64,000 bases of DNA, from assembly GCA_963817895.1 (NCBI GenBank), contig CAWFQB010000003.1, positions 1 through 64,000 on the forward strand, in the 5' to 3' direction. Positions within the stretch are counted from its first letter, which is position 1. Each line of letters begins with the position of its first letter. The position numbers were made by a program, and so were the translations under genes. Source of the stretch: an uncultured Chthonomonadaceae bacterium (lineage in GTDB: Bacteria; Armatimonadota; Chthonomonadetes; Chthonomonadales; Chthonomonadaceae). Of the stretch, positions 59,824-64,000 are shown piece after piece. Below the pieces are notes generated by a model. The model made no database searches. It was given only the letters and a program-made list of their open reading frames with translations, and was not told the origin of the DNA.

Positions 59824-60753
59824 TCACCGGACACGAATGTAGGGCTGCATTTTTGCGAACTTCTTTTCGCCGATGCCGGAAATTTGCAGCATGTCTTCGG
59901 GGGCGGTGAATTTGCCGTTGGTTTTGCGGAATTCGAGGATGCGTTCGGCCATCGCGGGGCCGATGCCGGGGATGCGCTGGAGTTCTTCCGCACTGGCCGT
60001 GTTGATGTTGACGGTTCCCTGCGCGGGATCGGTGAATTTGCCGCCCTTGCCGCCCTTCGCGCCGGCTGCGGATTTCGCCGTTGCGTGGCCGGCCGTTTTC
60101 GCGTTCGGCTTGCCGGCCGCTTTTGTGGAGGGGGAAGTTACCGAAGAGATGGGCGCGGCGTCTGCCGTTGTGGTGGGCGCGTCGGCTCCGCCTTCGGGAT
60201 GCTGTTTGCGCGTGGGCAGGTACAGTTGGCTGCCGTCTTCGATGCGCGAGGCGAGATTGATGCCGTCCGTATTCGCCTGAGATGTCGGGCCACCCGCTTT
60301 TTGAATGGCGTCGTCGTTGCGCGACCCGGCAGGCAGATGGTACACGCCCGGATTCTTCACCGCGCCCGCCACATGGACGACAATCTCATTGACCGTATTG
60401 GCGGGAACGGAAGGGGAGGTGGCAGTCCCACTCTCAGCCGCAAAGGAGGAAGCAACTCCCGCGCCTGAAACAGATGTGGGCGGCGCAATCCGGGCAGAAC
60501 CGGAAGCCTGCGAAGCCGCGCCGGGAACAGCATTGGCAGGCGAAGAGGGTGTTGCCGGAACAGGCGGAACGGGAACGCCGCCCAAACGACCGGGCGGCAA
60601 ACCACCCGGCGGCTGCGCGAAGGCTTCATGCAGCGTGATGCCAGGTTCGGACGTGGCGCGCCATGTTTTGGCAATTAATCCAATCAGAGCCAGACCGAAC
60701 ACAACAGCAAGGGCAACGATGGCCGCCGTTACTTTGCGCGACGTTTGCAGCAT
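59824..60753 (-). CDS. comEA: ComEA DNA-binding protein (SLBB + helix-hairpin-helix)
   Basis: N-terminal TM, VVHVAGAVKNPGVY..INLA..DG, VNINTASAEELQRIPGIGPAMAERI, ISGIGEKK. Confidence 0.9.
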   Translation of the reverse strand: MLQTSRKVTAAIVALAVVFGLALIGLIAKTWRATSEPGITLHEAFAQPPGGLPPGRLGGVPVPPVPATPSSPANAVPGAASQASGSARIAPPTSVSGAGVASSFAAESGTATSPSVPANTVNEIVVHVAGAVKNPGVYHLPAGSRNDDAIQKAGGPTSQANTDGINLASRIEDGSQLYLPTRKQHPEGGADAPTTTADAAPISSVTSPSTKAAGKPNAKTAGHATAKSAAGAKGGKGGKFTDPAQGTVNINTASAEELQRIPGIGPAMAERILEFRKTNGKFTAPEDMLQISGIGEKKFAKMQPYIRVR

Positions 60754-61035
60754 GGCACAGGGTTCTCCGTTTGGCAGTCAGATGCAAGGAAGACAGCAGG
60801 CGAACAAAAATCCGGATGGAAACGAACGCGCTAAACAGTCGCTTCCAGAACCGTTCGCCATGTATTCATTTAGGCTTCCCCGGCGAGGATTCCTGCATTG
60901 TATGCCATTTTTAGCCCTATCGCGGAAGGAGATAGCCGAATTTCTGTTGAATCACCTGACAAGATCGTCGGATAGTCGCTTTTCTACAATTGAGCGCAAT
61001 CTGAAACAAAGCGTATCTATGGAGAGGAACTATTG

Positions 61036-63181
61036 ATGAGAGTGTTCAAATGGATACCGGTCACCTTGTTCGGAGCGCTGCTCCTGTCGGCGCGGACGGG
61101 CTTCGTCCTCCAGCCCGCTGCAGCGCGGCAACAGCCGCAGAAAGGGCAGCCGCTGGAGAGCCAGACCGAATGGCCCGGCTATGGCGGCGGACCTGACGGA
61201 ATTCGGTATTCGAGCCTCTACACAGATAGACCGCTCGAACGTCAGCCAACTGCAGGTCGCATGGACCTATGATTCCGGCGAGGGGCCGGGCGGCACGCAG
61301 ACGCAGCCGCTTGTCGCCGGCGGCGTGCTCTATGCCGTGACGCCGCACCACAACGTGGTGGCGCTGGACGCCGCAACGGGAAAGCAGATCTGGCGATTCG
61401 ATTCCGGCATCATCGGGCGCGGGCCGAATCGCGGCGTCGCCTACTGGACCGAGGGCGGCGAGCGGCGCATTTTTGCGGCCGTCACAGCACTTCGTCTATG
61501 CGCTGGATGCCGCGACCGGCAAGCCGATCCCAGACTTCGGCACGAATGGCAGGATCGATCTGCGCGAGGACGTTGGACGCGATCCGGCAAAACAGTCCAT
61601 CATCCTGACAACTCCGGGGGTCATCTATAAGGACCTGTTGATCGTCGGGGGCCGGGTGTCCGAGGGGCTGCCGTGTACTCCCGGCGATATCCGCGCCTAC
61701 GACGTCCGCACGGGCAAGATGCGCTGGGCGTTCCACACGATTCCGCATCCGGGCGAGTTCGGATACAAAACGTGGCCGAAATTCGCCTGGAAGGTCTCCG
61801 GTTCGGCCAACAACTGGGCGGGAATGACCGTGGATGCCGCGCGGGGAATGGTGTTCGTGCCGACCGGATCGGCGGCCAGCGACTTCTACGGGGCGGATCG
61901 GGTGGGCGACGACCTCTTTGCCAACACCATGCTGGCGCTCGATGCGAATACGGGGAAGCGTATCTGGCATTTCCAGGCGGTCAAGCACGACATCTGGGAC
62001 CGCGATTTTCCGGCGCCGCCCGCCCTCGTTCGCGTCAAACGCGGCCAGAAGTGGATCGACGCCGTGGCGCAGACCACCAAATCCGGGCATGTCTACCTCT
62101 TCGAGCGAGAACACGGAAAGCCGCTCTTCCCCATCAAATATCGCAAGTATGAGCCGAGCACCGTGCCCGGCGAAGTCGCGGCCAAAACCCAGCCGCTGCC
62201 CACGAAACCCGCCCCGTTTGCCCGCCAGGTGCTGACGGAAGACATGCTGACCAATCGGACGCCGGAGGCGCACCGCTGGGCTGTCGAGCGTTTCCGGACG
62301 TTCCACGGCGGCACGCCAGTTCGTGCCCTTTCGAGTCGGCCAGGAGACGATCATCTTCCCCGGCTTCGACGGCGGAGCGGAATGGGGCGGTCCCGGCATT
62401 CGACCCCGAAACGGGCCTCCTCTACGTGAACGCGAACGAGATGGCCTGGACTTCGAACCTGGCCAAGAACGAGACCGTCAAATCGGCGCGGCAGCTCTAC
62501 CTTCAAAACTGCGCCAACTGTCATGGCGATACCCTGGCCGGATCCCCGCCCCAGTTGCCGAAACTGCTGAACATGGGGCCGAAATGGGACGTGGCCGCGA
62601 TTTCCCGGATCACCCGCCAGGGCGCAGGCCGCATGCCCGGCTTCCCGAACCTTTCCGATGCGGAAGTAAAGGCGGTGTCGGAGTACGTTCTGAGCGGCGA
62701 GAGCAAACCCATCGAATCGGACGAGCCGGCAGCGGTCACACAGGATTATCGCTTTACCGGCTACCGCAAGTTTCTGGACCCCGACGGCTATCCGGCGATC
62801 GCGCCGCCATGGGGCACTCTCAATGCCATCAATCTGAATACCGGCGAATTCGCCTGGAAAATTCCGTTCGGCGAATATCCCGAACTGGCGGAGAAGGGCA
62901 TGAAGGATACGGGCAGCGAAAGCTACGGCGGGCCGGTTGTCACGGCGGGCGGGCTGGTCTTCATCGCCGCAACGAACTACGATCGCAAGTTTCGCGCGTT
63001 CGATAAGGCCACAGGCAAACTCCTCTGGGAGACCACGCTGCCGTTCTCAGCCAATGCCACTCCTGCGGTCTACTCGGCCGGGGGACGCCAGTTCGTCGTG
63101 GTCTGCGCGGAGGGAAGCAAAGGTCGCCCGAACGATCCGAAGGGCGGCAAGTACATAGCCTTCGCGTTACCTCAGCCGTAA
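61036..63181 (+). CDS. PQQ-dependent glucose/quinate-type dehydrogenase with internal cytochrome c domain; split over 4 frames
   Basis: [78 protein letters not shown]. Confidence 0.9.
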
Positions 63182-63232
63182 GGCTATGGAGCATGGCGTG
63201 TCGTTCTAGTACACTATTCAAGATAGAACGCT

Positions 63233-63315
63233 GTCGCAGGGGCGCTGCTTGCTGCGCCTTGCTATGAGGAGGTTTCAGCCTTGTTGAGGAGGGTTCAGCA
63301 AGCAGAACCCCTACA
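63233..63315. repeat. Degenerate inverted pair of GTAG-type REP sequences
   Basis: gcaggggcgctgcttgctgcgcc ... gggttcagcaagcagaacccctac. Confidence 0.6.
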
Positions 63316-63405
63316 AATCACTCTTACGTTCTACCTTGACGGAGTATAATACTAGAACAGGTATGCCTTACGTCACCAGAACAAAGCCTCTGCAACGCAA
63401 ACGCA

Positions 63406-64000
63406 TCAGGGATTGATAACGCCGCCGAAGGTTCGGATTTTGGGCGTTCGGATGCGCGGGGCGCGATATGTGGGCGCGCGGTAGCCGTTGTAGCCGTTTT
63501 GTCGGTTGTTGTTCTGATTGTTATTCCTGTTATTGCTGCTGTTGGGCGCGGAGGGATCGTAGGGCTTGCCGTCTATCGTTTCCTGCTGCGTCAAAACCTT
63601 CACGCTTTGCAGTTTCCAGACGTTCGCCGCAGACGTCCAGACTTCCTGTGACGTGACATTGAGCGCCATTTTGTGCGGCTTGTTTTGCGGGTCGTTGGCG
63701 GTTTCCGCGAAGTAGTGATGCAGGGTGGCCGTTGTTTTGCCGCCGTCTGCCTTCACGTCCGTAACCTGACTGGTGACTTTATCAATGGAAACGGCGTTGG
63801 CAAGCGTCAGCCGCTCGGTGGCTTCGATGTCGCCCCGCCCGTAGACTTTACCCTTCGCGTCCCGATACGTGAAATCCTGCGCGCGCAGAACCGCCAACAC
63901 GGATTCATCCCGTTTTTTGGTCGCCGCCACGCACCGATTATAAATTCCCTGCAATGTGTTCTTGAGTGGATTTTCTGTCGTACCGGTATTCGCGTTACCA
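63406..64000 (-). CDS. NTF2-like (DUF4440-type) protein with Asn/Arg-rich tail; 5' end lies outside the window
   Basis: Frame open to the window edge; DFTYRDAKGKVYGR..ATL..EVWT..WKL. Confidence 0.65.
   Translation of the reverse strand, partial: GNANTGTTENPLKNTLQGIYNRCVAATKKRDESVLAVLRAQDFTYRDAKGKVYGRGDIEATERLTLANAVSIDKVTSQVTDVKADGGKTTATLHHYFAETANDPQNKPHKMALNVTSQEVWTSAANVWKLQSVKVLTQQETIDGKPYDPSAPNSSNNRNNNQNNNRQNGYNGYRAPTYRAPRIRTPKIRTFGGVINP

Noticed and set aside
63336..63352. TTGACG near TATAAT as a promoter
   Set aside because: The spacing is only 3 nt, and the site lies between convergent genes.

Overview
Bacterial chromosomal window with moderately high GC. It is most likely from an Armatimonadota (Chthonomonadales-like) genome; this is inferred from the [16 protein letters not shown] prepilin/DUF1559 gene, the BTAD-ATPase-TPR regulator, the DUF6067-like and GH172 glycan genes and a T-box riboswitch. 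It carries the conserved ffh-rpsP-khpA-rimM-trmD-rplS-lepB-rnhB-yraN cluster, tilS-ftsH, an opp-type ABC transporter, several glycan-active enzymes, S41 and S9 peptidases, comEA and a PQQ dehydrogenase. Many genes, including normally essential ones, are split by single-base frameshifts, which points to long-read assembly errors rather than real pseudogenes. Main findings: (1) a T-box riboswitch with an AUG (Met) specifier controls a ThrC-like PLP enzyme, a MoaD/ThiS sulfur carrier and a tandem-NIL protein, suggesting sulfur-carrier-dependent homocysteine/methionine synthesis; (2) a TlpA-like redoxin has an in-frame UGA in a UxxC motif followed by a SECIS-like hairpin, making it a probable selenoprotein; (3) inverted 7-8-mer tandem-repeat hairpins sit between genes, in frame inside proteins and inside the T-box stems; (4) an ECF sigma gene is coupled to an MFS transporter with an anti-sigma-like N-terminus; (5) there are candidate regulatory leaders, namely a possible switch upstream of ffh and a 9-aa RPP-ending uORF. 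No rRNA, tRNA, CRISPR array, transposase or integrase was recognised. All family assignments are by motif recognition; no database searches were run.
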